Shown here: one piece after another, positions 17,966-27,375 of the stretch | Position numbering within the stretch: position 1 is the stretch's first letter | How the letters are laid out: each line of letters begins with the position of its first letter | Source: Pseudomonadota bacterium | GTDB taxonomy: Bacteria > Bdellovibrionota_B > Oligoflexia > Oligoflexales > CAIYRB01 | Assembly (NCBI GenBank): GCA_031416315.1 | Contig: JANOTL010000061.1 | Coordinates: 1 to 64,000, forward strand | Direction of reading: 5' to 3' | Length of the DNA stretch: 64,000 nt | Translations under genes and position numbers: made by a program | Notes under the pieces: generated by a model | Seen by the model: only the letters and a program-made list of their open reading frames with translations | What the model was told of the DNA's origin: nothing | Database searches by the model: none

Positions 17966-18059
17966 CTAAACACTCCTCGTTGAGCGACGCTCGAAGCGTC
18001 GAAGATATCCTCATGATAAGACTTAGAGATTACCGGGAACTAAGGCATTCGGCAAACTT

Positions 18060-18106
18060 AAAAGGCCGAAGCCCGACGGCCGCCTTGGGGGCGACCGCCG
18101 GGCTTC
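18060..18106 (-). terminator. Intrinsic terminator downstream of pal
   Basis: About 17-bp stem (with GU pairs) GAAGCCCGGCGGTCGCC/GGCGGCCGTCGGGCTTC, then GGCCTTTT on the minus strand. Confidence 0.65.
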
Positions 18107-18136
18107 CCGGGGCGGAGATCGTCAGGAGGACGGATC

Positions 18137-18640
18137 TCAGTTCGTGCTGAGCGTGAACTCGGCGCGGCGGTTTTTCGCCCAGGCGCTCTCGTCGTGGCCA
18201 TCAGTCGCCGGCTTCTCTTCGCCGTAGCTGATGGTCGAGAGGCGGCTGGCTTCGATGCCGAGCGTCGACAGGTAGTTCTTGACCGATTGAGCGCGACGCT
18301 CGCCGAGGGCGAGGTTGTACTCGATCGAGCCGCGCTCGTCGCAGTGGCCTTCGATCTGGACGACCGTGGTCTGCGCGCCTTTGAGGTGATCCGCGAGGCC
18401 CTGGAGCTTGCCTTGCGCTTCGCCGTTCAGCGTGTAGTCGTCGAACGCGAAGTACACGGTCTGTGCCGTGAACGTTTCGACGGGTTTCGCCGTCTCGGCC
18501 GGCGGCGGCTCGGTGGTCGCGCCGGTGTCCGTCTTGACCACTTCGTCCGTCTTCGGTTCGTCGTCAGTACAACCCCAAGTCGTCAGGGTGGCAAAAACGA
18601 GTGCCGCGACGGCCAAAACACGCTTCGATTTCAGCAACAT
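18137..18640 (-). CDS. pal: Peptidoglycan-associated lipoprotein (OmpA-like)
   Basis: Lipobox TWGC; VYFAFDD, IEGHCDERGSIEYNLALGERRA, SYGEEKP, NRRAE. Confidence 0.93.
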   Translation of the reverse strand: MLLKSKRVLAVAALVFATLTTWGCTDDEPKTDEVVKTDTGATTEPPPAETAKPVETFTAQTVYFAFDDYTLNGEAQGKLQGLADHLKGAQTTVVQIEGHCDERGSIEYNLALGERRAQSVKNYLSTLGIEASRLSTISYGEEKPATDGHDESAWAKNRRAEFTLSTN

Positions 18641-18788
18641 TTCTTTCCTCTCTTAAACCGATCGTCGTCGGGAAAACTGATATCTCCACACACTTGGCGG
18701 AGACTTTGAACCGAGAACCAACTAGTTACAACGCGGTACATTGCACTCATGAGCATAGAAATGCAAGCGACTCCTAACCGCGAAATGC

Positions 18789-20258
18789 TTATCCGAAGCG
18801 GGTGGCGACAGTTTTGGCCAGGCGATGCTGGGCTCCGGAGAAGCTCCCGCTCGACATGAATATGACCGCATCGCCGGGTTGGACCTCCCGCTCAAGGCCT
18901 TGCAGGAGTAGGTCGTTAGAGGAATATGCCGCCGCCTTTGCGCCGATCCTTTGCTGCATCGCGGCGGTCGACATTCGCTTGTCTTCGGGGATCCTTTGGT
19001 CCACCGGACATTCGCCGATATAAACGCGATCGGCGAGCGCGAGGGAGTCCGCGAACCCGTCCTGGAACACATTTCGGCGTTGGGAGGCGCTCCGCGGCTC
19101 GAAAGCCACGACGATTCTCTTCTTCGGATAGGCGGCCCGGAAGCTCTCGATCACGTGCTTGATCGCCGTCGGATGGTGCGCGAAGTCCTCGTAGACCTCG
19201 ACGCCGCCCGCGCTCGCGAGCAGGTCCAGCCGGCGCATGACGCTCTGAAAGCCGCGCAGGGCGCGGGTTAGCGCTGTCGCATCAAGGGGTTTGCGCAGGT
19301 CCCCGACCCGTGCCGCATTTTCGAGCAGGGCGACGACCTGGGCGACGTTGGCCAGGTTGTGCCGGCCCGAGAGGCTGGTTTCAACCGTCAGCTCGCCAAG
19401 TGTTTTGGTCGAGATTTTCGCGGTCCAGAGCTGCTGGCCCGAGGGGTCGACCCCGGCCGTGCACGATTTGACCGTCACGTGGGCGTCCTTCGCTTCGCCG
19501 AAGGTCGCGACGCGGGTGACCCGCTCCAGGAGCCCCAGTCGCTCGACCACGCGTCGAATGCCAGGATCGTCGACGTTTGCGACCAATAGCGATTTGTCCG
19601 GAGTGATCGCGATCAGCTTTTCGAACTGTGCCTCGATCGCCTCGACGTTCGGGTAGATGTCGGCATGGTCGTACTCGAGGTTGTTCAGGATCACGTGCTT
19701 CGGGCGGTAGTGCAGAAACTTCGGTCCTTTGTCGAAGAAGGCCGTGTCGTACTCGTCGCCTTCGATCGCGAAGAGCTTGCCTTTGCCGAGGCGGAAGCTG
19801 CGCGGAAAATTGCGCGGGATGCCGCCGATCATGAAGCCGGGCTCCTCGCCGAGCTCCTGCAGGACGTGCGCGAGGATCGAGGTCGTCGTCGTCTTTCCGT
19901 GCGTGCCCGACACGACGCAGCTGGATCGATTCTGCAGGACCAGGTCGCCGAGCAGCGCCGGAAAGCTCGTGTATGGCAGGCCCGTGGCGAGCACGGCCTC
20001 GAGCTCGACGTTGCCGCGGGAGAGTACGTTCGCGATCACGTACGTGTCGGCCGGCGTTTTCGTGACGTTGTCCGCCGCGTAAGGCGCGGAGACGGGAATG
20101 CCGAGCTCCGCGAGCTGCGTCGACATCGGCGGGTAGACTCCGGCGTCGCTGCCGACCACTTTATAGCCGGCTTCCTGCGCTAGGCCGGCGACTGAGGCCA
20201 TGCCGGTGCCGCCTACGCCGACGAAATAAAGGGTCGCACCGGGTTTCAACTTGGTCAT
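18789..20258 (-). CDS. mpl: Murein peptide ligase
   Basis: GVGGTGM, YPPMS, GTHGKTTT, EGDEYDTAFFDKGPKF, DFAHHPTAI, FEPRS. ATG 20258 overlaps the ldcA stop. Confidence 0.93.
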   Translation of the reverse strand: MTKLKPGATLYFVGVGGTGMASVAGLAQEAGYKVVGSDAGVYPPMSTQLAELGIPVSAPYAADNVTKTPADTYVIANVLSRGNVELEAVLATGLPYTSFPALLGDLVLQNRSSCVVSGTHGKTTTTSILAHVLQELGEEPGFMIGGIPRNFPRSFRLGKGKLFAIEGDEYDTAFFDKGPKFLHYRPKHVILNNLEYDHADIYPNVEAIEAQFEKLIAITPDKSLLVANVDDPGIRRVVERLGLLERVTRVATFGEAKDAHVTVKSCTAGVDPSGQQLWTAKISTKTLGELTVETSLSGRHNLANVAQVVALLENAARVGDLRKPLDATALTRALRGFQSVMRRLDLLASAGGVEVYEDFAHHPTAIKHVIESFRAAYPKKRIVVAFEPRSASQRRNVFQDGFADSLALADRVYIGECPVDQRIPEDKRMSTAAMQQRIGAKAAAYSSNDLLLQGLEREVQPGDAVIFMSSGSFSGAQHRLAKTVATRFG

Positions 20259-21169
20259 GCGAGATTCCTTTCGAGTGTCCAAACGAGCGAGCCGCGCTCG
20301 ACGCGGGCGGCGGCGCCGTTCACCAGCGGGAAGTTCGGGGCCGTGTGGCCAAAGGCCTTGGTCTTGTAGGCCGGGATGCGCGTGCGCTCCGCCAAGCGCT
20401 CGTAGACGAAGGGCGCGCAGTCCTCGATCTTGTCGCCGAGGTTCCTGAAGTGCCCGAAGACGACGCCGGCGGCTTGATCCAAGAGGCCGGCCTGCGCCCA
20501 TTGGTTGAAGGCGCGCACGAGCCGAGCCGGGTGCTCGTCGGTGTCCTCGAAGTAGAGGATCTTGCCGGCGAGGGAGCGCGGAAAATAGGGGGTTCCGATC
20601 AGGTTGGTGATCACCGTGAAGCAGCCGCCCAAGAGCTCGCCGGTCGCGGCGGGCGCGCCGTTCAGGGGTTCGAGCGCGATCTCCCCGGCGAGGCCGCGGC
20701 CGGCGGTAACGTCGCGCAGGAGGCTAAGAAGCTGCTCGACGTCGGCGTCGGAGGCCTCTTTCTTGCGCCAAAGGACGGTGGCGGGCATGGGGCCGTGCAC
20801 GGACGGCCACCCGAGCTGGGCATCGAGGGCCCAGTGCAGCGCCGAGACGTCGGAGAAGCCGCAGAGAAGCTTCGGGGGCGCCTTCTTCAGCTTCGCCCAT
20901 GGAATGAGCGGCAAGAGGTCGCTGGCGCCGTAGCCGCCGCGGGCGCAGACGACGGCCGCCGTTCCCGGCTCGAGCAAGGCGTCCGTAAGCGCACGGGCTC
21001 GGTCCGCGGCGGTCGCCGAGGCGTAAGGCCACGTTGGATCGCTCGGCAAATCATCGTATAAGATCTCAAATCCGACGGCGGCAAGCTCGTCGCGACGCTC
21101 TGCGAGGAGGTCGCCCTGCTCGCGGCTCGAGGGCCGGATGATCCGAATCTTGACCGGATTTTGCATCAT
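20255..21169 (-). CDS. ldcA: LD-carboxypeptidase (S66)
   Basis: ARGGYGA, GFSD (catalytic Ser), HGPM, FED (Glu), FGH (His). Confidence 0.9.
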   Translation of the reverse strand: MMQNPVKIRIIRPSSREQGDLLAERRDELAAVGFEILYDDLPSDPTWPYASATAADRARALTDALLEPGTAAVVCARGGYGASDLLPLIPWAKLKKAPPKLLCGFSDVSALHWALDAQLGWPSVHGPMPATVLWRKKEASDADVEQLLSLLRDVTAGRGLAGEIALEPLNGAPAATGELLGGCFTVITNLIGTPYFPRSLAGKILYFEDTDEHPARLVRAFNQWAQAGLLDQAAGVVFGHFRNLGDKIEDCAPFVYERLAERTRIPAYKTKAFGHTAPNFPLVNGAAARVERGSLVWTLERNLA

Positions 21170-21217
21170 CCAGGCATTTTCATCGGGTTTTGCTCCGGAG
21201 TCTAGCTTGGAGGCGTC

Positions 21218-21598
21218 GTGGAGATCTCGGTACCAGTGTCGGTCGGCGAGCTGGTCGACAAAATCACGATCCTCAGGATCAAGAGCCGCGAGATCAAGGA
21301 CGCGGGCAAACGCGCCAACGTCGCGCGCGAGCTGACGGCGCTCGACCGCGTCTGCGCGGAAAAGGGCATCGACCCGAAGGACACGCTCGCGATGGAGCTC
21401 GAGGGCATCAACCTCGACCTATGGCGCATCGAGGACGAGATCCGCGAGAAAGAGCGCGCCAAGGCCTTCGATGATCGTTTCGTCGAGCTGGCGCGCGCGG
21501 TCTACGTCACGAACGACCGGCGTTTCGCGGTGAAATCCCAAATCAACGGAAAGTACGGCTCGCTCTTCCGCGAAGAGAAGAGCTACGAGTCATACTAG
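21218..21598 (+). CDS. DUF6165-like protein
   Basis: PVSVGELVDKITILRIK, LWRIEDEIR.KE, LARAVYVTND.R, EEKSY. Confidence 0.75.
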   Translation: MEISVPVSVGELVDKITILRIKSREIKDAGKRANVARELTALDRVCAEKGIDPKDTLAMELEGINLDLWRIEDEIREKERAKAFDDRFVELARAVYVTNDRRFAVKSQINGKYGSLFREEKSYESY

Positions 21599-21605
21599 TG
21601 GCCGG

Positions 21606-24600
21606 CTAGTGGCCGACCCGCAGGCGATCCATCACGGCGTTGAAGTCCTTGTTCTTGCGCGCGTTCGCGAGATCGGCGTCCGTGCCCAGGATCTTCAGGA
21701 AGTAGCTTCGCTTGTCCGGGCGCGATTGCAGCGAGTCCGCCAGGAGATTCAGGTGGAAGATCGCTTTTTTCGCGTCCTTCGCCAGCGAGCGGGCGCAGGC
21801 GTTGTTGAAGTGGGCCGCGACCAGCGTGCCGTCGAGCGCTAAGGCGCGCTGATTCTCCTCCTCAGCGAGCTCGAACTGCTTCAGGCCGAGGTGCGCGCGG
21901 GCGAGGTGGAAGTGCCGCTGCGCTTCTTCCTGTGCGATCGGGCGGTTACCGAGGCCTTGCAGGATCTTCAGCGCCTCGGCGTACTTCTTCGCGCCGAGCT
22001 GACTCTTCGCCTGGGCGATCCCGGCTTTGAAGTTCGGCGGCGGCGCGGGGGCCGCGGGGTCGGCATAGTTGAACGTGAGGACGGTACGGACTTCGTCCTG
22101 GTCCTTGAGAAAAAGCGATCTCGTAAATTTGCGCTCGACGCCCTTCTCCACGATCTTGAAGTCGACGCGTGCGAAGGTACCGTCCTGGAGCGCGTTCATG
22201 TTCTCCGCGTAGTAACGGAGATAGACCCGGTATTCTCCGCGCATCGGCTTGCTGTTGCGGTATTGCTCGGGACCATAGCCCTGGGTCGAGTCCCAGCTCA
22301 AGGTGCCAGCCGACCCCGCCGGCGTCATATTCTCGAAGAAGACGTGCGTCTCGTCGGGCTGCACGACGTGGAGGTCGACGTCGGTATTGTCTGTGTCCCA
22401 GCTGGCGGTGACGACGATCTTGTCCTTCGCAGCAGGGTCGAGGTTCGCATACTGCGAGGCGAGCTTGCGGGCGTCGGCAGGGAGATTCGGCGCCTTCAGC
22501 GCGGCGTTCGCTGCGCGCGAGACATCGCTCTGGATGATGCGATTCATGCCTTCCAGACGTTGATCCCACTTGCCGCGGTACACCTTCTCGAAGAGCTTGA
22601 GTGCGCCCACGGGTTGACCGACGGCCTCCAGCGCCAGGCCGAAGTCGCGGAAGCTTTGCGGATCTTCTTCGCGCAGCTCGGTGATGGCGCGGTAAATCGG
22701 GATCGTGTCCTTCGCCTTGCCCCACGCAATCAGGTTGTAAGCGTAGATGCGCAGCCAACGGGCGTCGCCCGGGCGCACCTCGACGACGTTGGATAGGATC
22801 AGGTCGGCGAGGTCAACGCGCTTCAACTTGTGGAAGAGGTCGGCGACGAAGATGTAGTAATACGGGATCTTGGCAAACAGCGGGCGCGTCTTCAGATACT
22901 GCGCGTAGAGCTTGTCGACGCCCTTCGCGCTGTCTTCAAGCTGTTTCTCGAAGCCGTAAGGGCGCGAGATAGTGTCTTTCTCGGCGGCCATCACCTCGCG
23001 GTGGGAGTTGCCCGGATTGGCGTCCATTTCCTCGATGATCTCATCCAGGTCGTCTTCGCCGCCGGGACGCGCTGCCTTCATTCCCATGGGCTTCGCGGCG
23101 GAAACCGGCGCAGCGGGCGCGCCGTCAGGCGCTGCGAAACCGTCCGGACCGCCTCCCCCTCCGCCGCCAGCACCCCCGAAAGACTCGGCGAGGGCGTCGC
23201 CCCCAGCATCGGAGTCGTCGGCGGCCGCGTCTTCCTCAAAGCTCTCGCTCGCGTCGCCTCCCTCGTCGCCGTCGTCACCGCCCTCGTAACCCATCGGCGT
23301 CTTGCGCCGCCCTCCGATGTCTGCGGACTCGAAGTCGACATCGCCGCCTTCCAGCGCGAAGTCGCCAATCTCGTCGCGCTTCTGACAGCCTTTCGCCGCC
23401 GGCAGCTTGAACTCGGCGTAGTCCTCGCAGAACTCGAGGACGACCATCACCGTGAAAGGCGACATCAGTTGGTGCCCGAGGGCGACGGCCTTGATTTCTT
23501 GCGCGTTCTTGCGCTTCTCCGCGAGGAGCTTGGTCAGGTGGTTCGCGGCCCAGAGACGTGGCACGGTATCGCCGCCTTTTGCGGCGTCGGTCGTGAATCT
23601 CCACTTCACGTCCCTCGTCTTCCCGCGCTGCTCGAAGACGAGGTCGACGACCTGCTTGCCGTCCTTCTTCACCTGCCCGCGCACGATGACGCCGTCGCCG
23701 GGGAAGTAGACGCCCGAGCTCTGCGCCTCGACCTTTTGCAGGTTCTTGGAGATCTTGATCTTCGCGAGCCGCCATGGCTCCATCGTGAAAGTCGCGGTGT
23801 TGGTGGACGCGTTCTGGTCGATGACGACGGCGTCGAGGGCCACGGCAAATCGTTGGAGGAGCGCGTCGTTGCCGCCGGTCGTCGGCGACACGATGAAGGC
23901 GCTCAAGCCCTTCGTGCCGAGGTCCTTGACGCGCTTAAAGTCGAAGAGCTCGAAGCTGTCGACGCCGTTCGTGAAGAGCAGAAGGTCGTTGGCTCCGGCG
24001 CCGAGTTTCGCCGTCGCTTCCTTGATCTTGTCGAAGGCCAGATCGAGTCGGGTGCCGCCGTCGTAGGGGCGGGCTGCGATCGCTTTGCGCACAGCGTCAG
24101 GGTCCGACCCTTTGACGTCCTTGATGACGTCGAAGACGCCTTGACCGAAGCCATAAACGTCGACCGAGCCGGGCTTTCGTGCCAAGAGGTAGGAGCGCAG
24201 CACGGCTAGACGCGCATCTCGGTGCTCCTCTTCGCTGAGCGAGTAGTCCCAAAAGACGACGGTCTTTCCGGGATTCGGGGGTCTTTTGCTTTCCGGAAGT
24301 GCCGGGAACGCGTGCGCCTCGAAGAATCGCTTCTCGTCGCCGTCCTCGCGAACGACCTTTGGCTCCTCGCGAGCGTCGGACTTCAGGACGATGCTGATCT
24401 CGTCGGGCGGGATCGAATCCTTGAACGTGTGCGTGCCTTTGAAGCGGCTATTTTTCGTCGCTTTGACGGCGAGCTCCTTCAGCCCGCGCACCACCGGCAA
24501 GTCGTCGGAGAAGGCGGTGCCGCTCAGCGCGATGTCGAGCTTCTTCACTTTGCCGAAGTCGAGCGGAATCGGAAACCGCAGCGCGCCGCCCGTGGCCGAC

Positions 24601-25073
24601 GCCGGCATGCCGATCGTCAGCTTCACACGCGTCTCTTTTCCCGGCAGCACTGGGTACACGCGCATCTTGAAGGTATTGCCGGCCGTCCATTCCAAGAGCG
24701 CTGGATCGACGCCGCGCCGCACGATGGTTTCGTACGCGACGCGCCCGGCCTTCGCCTCGACGATCGCGGATCCCTGGTACTTGCCGTTCACCCACATGCC
24801 GAATTCGTGCACGTAGGCCTCGCGCGGCAGCGCGAAGTAGAATGTTCCTTCTTGAATCTGCGAGCGGTCGCTGACGAAGATGAGGTCGTAAGTGAGCTTC
24901 GCGTTGGTGCGATCGACGTCGATCGAAACGAGGCCTTGCGACAGCTCGATCGGTTTTTTTACCCCGGCATCCGTGATCAACAGCTCGGCGAGCTTCGCGG
25001 AAGCGGTCGAAGAAAGCGAGCAGAATAGCGTGGTCGCGGCGACGAAGGCGCCGAAAATGCGGGCGAAACCCAT
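21606..25073 (-). CDS. Exported VIT + vWA-like + DUF2135 + TPR protein
   Basis: Signal peptide from ATG 25073; VIT (YETIVRRGVDPALLE), MIDAS-like DYSLS, acidic Gly linker, WDTDNTDVDLHV and QGYGPEQY, C-terminal TPR helices. Confidence 0.8.
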   Translation of the reverse strand: MGFARIFGAFVAATTLFCSLSSTASAKLAELLITDAGVKKPIELSQGLVSIDVDRTNAKLTYDLIFVSDRSQIQEGTFYFALPREAYVHEFGMWVNGKYQGSAIVEAKAGRVAYETIVRRGVDPALLEWTAGNTFKMRVYPVLPGKETRVKLTIGMPASATGGALRFPIPLDFGKVKKLDIALSGTAFSDDLPVVRGLKELAVKATKNSRFKGTHTFKDSIPPDEISIVLKSDAREEPKVVREDGDEKRFFEAHAFPALPESKRPPNPGKTVVFWDYSLSEEEHRDARLAVLRSYLLARKPGSVDVYGFGQGVFDVIKDVKGSDPDAVRKAIAARPYDGGTRLDLAFDKIKEATAKLGAGANDLLLFTNGVDSFELFDFKRVKDLGTKGLSAFIVSPTTGGNDALLQRFAVALDAVVIDQNASTNTATFTMEPWRLAKIKISKNLQKVEAQSSGVYFPGDGVIVRGQVKKDGKQVVDLVFEQRGKTRDVKWRFTTDAAKGGDTVPRLWAANHLTKLLAEKRKNAQEIKAVALGHQLMSPFTVMVVLEFCEDYAEFKLPAAKGCQKRDEIGDFALEGGDVDFESADIGGRRKTPMGYEGGDDGDEGGDASESFEEDAAADDSDAGGDALAESFGGAGGGGGGGPDGFAAPDGAPAAPVSAAKPMGMKAARPGGEDDLDEIIEEMDANPGNSHREVMAAEKDTISRPYGFEKQLEDSAKGVDKLYAQYLKTRPLFAKIPYYYIFVADLFHKLKRVDLADLILSNVVEVRPGDARWLRIYAYNLIAWGKAKDTIPIYRAITELREEDPQSFRDFGLALEAVGQPVGALKLFEKVYRGKWDQRLEGMNRIIQSDVSRAANAALKAPNLPADARKLASQYANLDPAAKDKIVVTASWDTDNTDVDLHVVQPDETHVFFENMTPAGSAGTLSWDSTQGYGPEQYRNSKPMRGEYRVYLRYYAENMNALQDGTFARVDFKIVEKGVERKFTRSLFLKDQDEVRTVLTFNYADPAAPAPPPNFKAGIAQAKSQLGAKKYAEALKILQGLGNRPIAQEEAQRHFHLARAHLGLKQFELAEEENQRALALDGTLVAAHFNNACARSLAKDAKKAIFHLNLLADSLQSRPDKRSYFLKILGTDADLANARKNKDFNAVMDRLRVGH

Positions 25074-25169
25074 GCTGGAATCTCCATGGCGGACACTGGC
25101 TAGTCTTACCGGGTGAAGTTCGGCCCGTTTCGCCCGGTGCTTGAGTGGCAAAAATTTCCTCCTCTCGCC

Positions 25170-25196
25170 TCAACTTTCGCCTCGGCCTGCCGATCT
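25170..25196 (+). promoter_or_regulatory. Putative sigma28 (FliA) promoter
   Basis: TCAA-N15-GCCGATCT upstream of the cheY-like ATG 25228. Confidence 0.6.
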
Positions 25197-25227
25197 CACC
25201 CCGCCAGCTCAAGGGGAGGTTCGCGCC

Positions 25228-25596
25228 ATGGGTAAGAAAGTGATGATCGTCGACGATTCCCGGACCATTCGCCAGCAGGTGAACTTCACGCTCGCCAAAG
25301 GTGGATTCGAGGTCGTCGAGGCCGAGGACGGCAAGGATGGGATCGAGAAGTTGAAGGCCAACCCGGATGTCGCGGTCATCATCAGCGACGTCAACATGCC
25401 GAACATGAACGGCCTCGAGATGGTCGAAGCGATCAACGGCGACGCGAGCCTCGCGCACCCGCCGATCGTGATGCTGACCACCGAAGGCTCTGGCGAGCTC
25501 GTCGAACGCGCGAAAAAAGCCGGCGCCAAGGGCTGGCTCGTGAAACCGTTCAAGCCCGACCAGCTGGTCGCGGTGGTCACCAAGCTGGTCGGCTGA
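25228..25596 (+). CDS. cheY: Single-domain response regulator, CheY-like
   Basis: VDDS, SDVNMPNMNG, LTT, KPF; GGGGAGG SD. Confidence 0.88.
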   Translation: MGKKVMIVDDSRTIRQQVNFTLAKGGFEVVEAEDGKDGIEKLKANPDVAVIISDVNMPNMNGLEMVEAINGDASLAHPPIVMLTTEGSGELVERAKKAGAKGWLVKPFKPDQLVAVVTKLVG

Positions 25597-25600
25597 AACA

Positions 25601-26263
25601 ATGACGAACATCGACAAGGGCGCGACCCGGAACCTCGTCGCGTTCATCCGTGCCTATACGGATGTGCTGGAAAAACAGCTGCAAGCCGTCCGCGACACCA
25701 TGCGCGAGACGACCGAAGGCGTGATGGACGGGATCCAGAGGATCTCGGATCGCACGGCGGAGAAGAAGAAAGAGGCGAACACGGTCCTCGTATCGACCTA
25801 CACGAATCCGTCGGAGGACGCGAAGAAAACGATGGATTCGGTGCAGGACGCCGTCGCCGCCGTCTTCGACGCGGCGCAAGGGACGAAGCCGGCGTCGGTG
25901 ACGGCCGCGCCCACCGACGACGACCTGAAGGCGAAGCTCCGCCGCCACGCCGGGTTCTTCTCGAAGCACATGGAAGCCCTCGAGACGCTCGACGAAGACG
26001 TGCAGGGGATGTTGTTGACGATGATGGGCATGCTCTCGCGCGACGACGTGATCTCGCAGCGCGTCGATCACGTCGTGCAATCGCTGCAGGCCATGCAAAT
26101 GAGCTTGGCGTATGTGCTTGTCGACTTCGAGGCGCGCTGCCGCCAAGCGGACGTCGACAAGGTCGTAAAAGATCTCAAGAGCTTCACCCTGCGGACCTAC
26201 ACGACGGAAGAAGAACGACAGGCTTTTGTCTCGGTTTTTGGCGAAGACAAGAAGGCCTCCTGA
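25601..26263 (+). CDS. Helical protein with CheZ-like D-x3-Q motif
   Basis: LSRDDVISQRVDHVVQSL resembles the CheZ-type QFQDxxxQ helix; starts 4 nt after cheY. Confidence 0.55.
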   Translation: MTNIDKGATRNLVAFIRAYTDVLEKQLQAVRDTMRETTEGVMDGIQRISDRTAEKKKEANTVLVSTYTNPSEDAKKTMDSVQDAVAAVFDAAQGTKPASVTAAPTDDDLKAKLRRHAGFFSKHMEALETLDEDVQGMLLTMMGMLSRDDVISQRVDHVVQSLQAMQMSLAYVLVDFEARCRQADVDKVVKDLKSFTLRTYTTEEERQAFVSVFGEDKKAS

Positions 26264-26283
26264 GCCGGCCGGCGCCGCGGGGC

Positions 26284-26310
26284 TCAGGTCCCCCGGCGAT
26301 TCGCCGATTT
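26284..26310 (+). promoter_or_regulatory. Putative sigma28 promoter, possibly leaderless
   Basis: TCAG-N15-GCCGATTT ending 6 nt before ATG 26317. Confidence 0.45.
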
Positions 26311-26316
26311 ATCTGC

Positions 26317-27375
26317 ATGATCTCCACTTGGCGTCGCAAGCTCGGATCCATGGCCGCGGCTTTAATCGTCGCGAGCCTCGGCGCGTTCGCGACCGAGGCC
26401 CTCGCAGTCCGGCCGCTCGTCGTCTACTCGCCGCACGGCTCGGAGATTCTGAAGGCCATCGCCACCGAGTTCGAGAAGCAACACCCTGGTCTGCGCGTCG
26501 AGTGGCGCTTCCTCGGCGGTGAGGAAATCTTCGACCGGCTCGTCTCCGAGAAAGGGCGGCCCGTCGCTGATGTCTGGTGGGGCGGCCCGCACTTCACCTT
26601 CATCCGCGCCGCGCGCAAGGGCGTCTTGACGCCATACAAGCCCACCTGGAGCGCCGCGGTGCCCGAATCCGCGCGCGGCGACGGCGACTTTTGGTACGGC
26701 GACATGCAAACGCCGCTGACTGTGCTCTACAACAAGAACCTCGTCGATTCGGGGAGCGTCCCGAGAGACTGGGACGAGCTGCTTCTGCCCGCCTTGAAGG
26801 ACAAGATTATTCTTCGGCATCCGGGCGAGTCCGGCACGATGCGCGCGCTCATCATGGCCCTGATCGACCGGCAGCTCGGCGCTGGCAAGACGCTGGACCA
26901 GGCGTTTGCTTGGCTCGCGCAGCTCGAGGGTCAAGTCGCGCGCTACGCCGGCCATTCGCAAGTCATGTTTTCGACCGTCGGCAAAGGCGTGATGCCCTTC
27001 AGCGTCTGGAACCTGTCTGAGATCGTCATGCGCTCGCGCCAAGGCTACCCGGTCGAGCCGGTCTTCCCGCAGTCTGGAATGCCCGTGATCTTCGACTCGA
27101 TCGCCCTCGTGAAGCGCGATTCCGCGCATCCCCTCGCGCATGATTTCTACGAGTTCGTCACCGGCAAAGACGTCGCCGCCAAGCTCGCCGGCGAACCATA
27201 TCTGCGGGTGATGGCGCGCAACGACCTCGCGCCCGCGTTGCGCTCGGCTTTCCTAAGCGATCCACGCTTCAAGGTCTTGCCGATCAACTGGGACCGCGTC
27301 GCCGATCGCGCCACCGAGTGGCTCGCGCGCTGGGAAAAAGACATCTACGTCAAAACCAAGATGGTCGAGCCATGA
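26317..27375 (+). CDS. Periplasmic solute-binding protein (AfuA/FbpA-like family)
   Basis: Signal peptide; LVVYSPH, ADVWWGG, LTPYKP, VLYNK, PRDWDELL.P.LKDKI, SGT. No permease or ATPase adjacent. Confidence 0.85.
   Translation: MISTWRRKLGSMAAALIVASLGAFATEALAVRPLVVYSPHGSEILKAIATEFEKQHPGLRVEWRFLGGEEIFDRLVSEKGRPVADVWWGGPHFTFIRAARKGVLTPYKPTWSAAVPESARGDGDFWYGDMQTPLTVLYNKNLVDSGSVPRDWDELLLPALKDKIILRHPGESGTMRALIMALIDRQLGAGKTLDQAFAWLAQLEGQVARYAGHSQVMFSTVGKGVMPFSVWNLSEIVMRSRQGYPVEPVFPQSGMPVIFDSIALVKRDSAHPLAHDFYEFVTGKDVAAKLAGEPYLRVMARNDLAPALRSAFLSDPRFKVLPINWDRVADRATEWLARWEKDIYVKTKMVEP

Noticed and set aside
17966..18136. Possible 6S RNA upstream of rny
   Set aside because: The 170-nt gap is largely explained by the pal terminator and a promoter region; no zapA context and no long 6S-like rod is evident.
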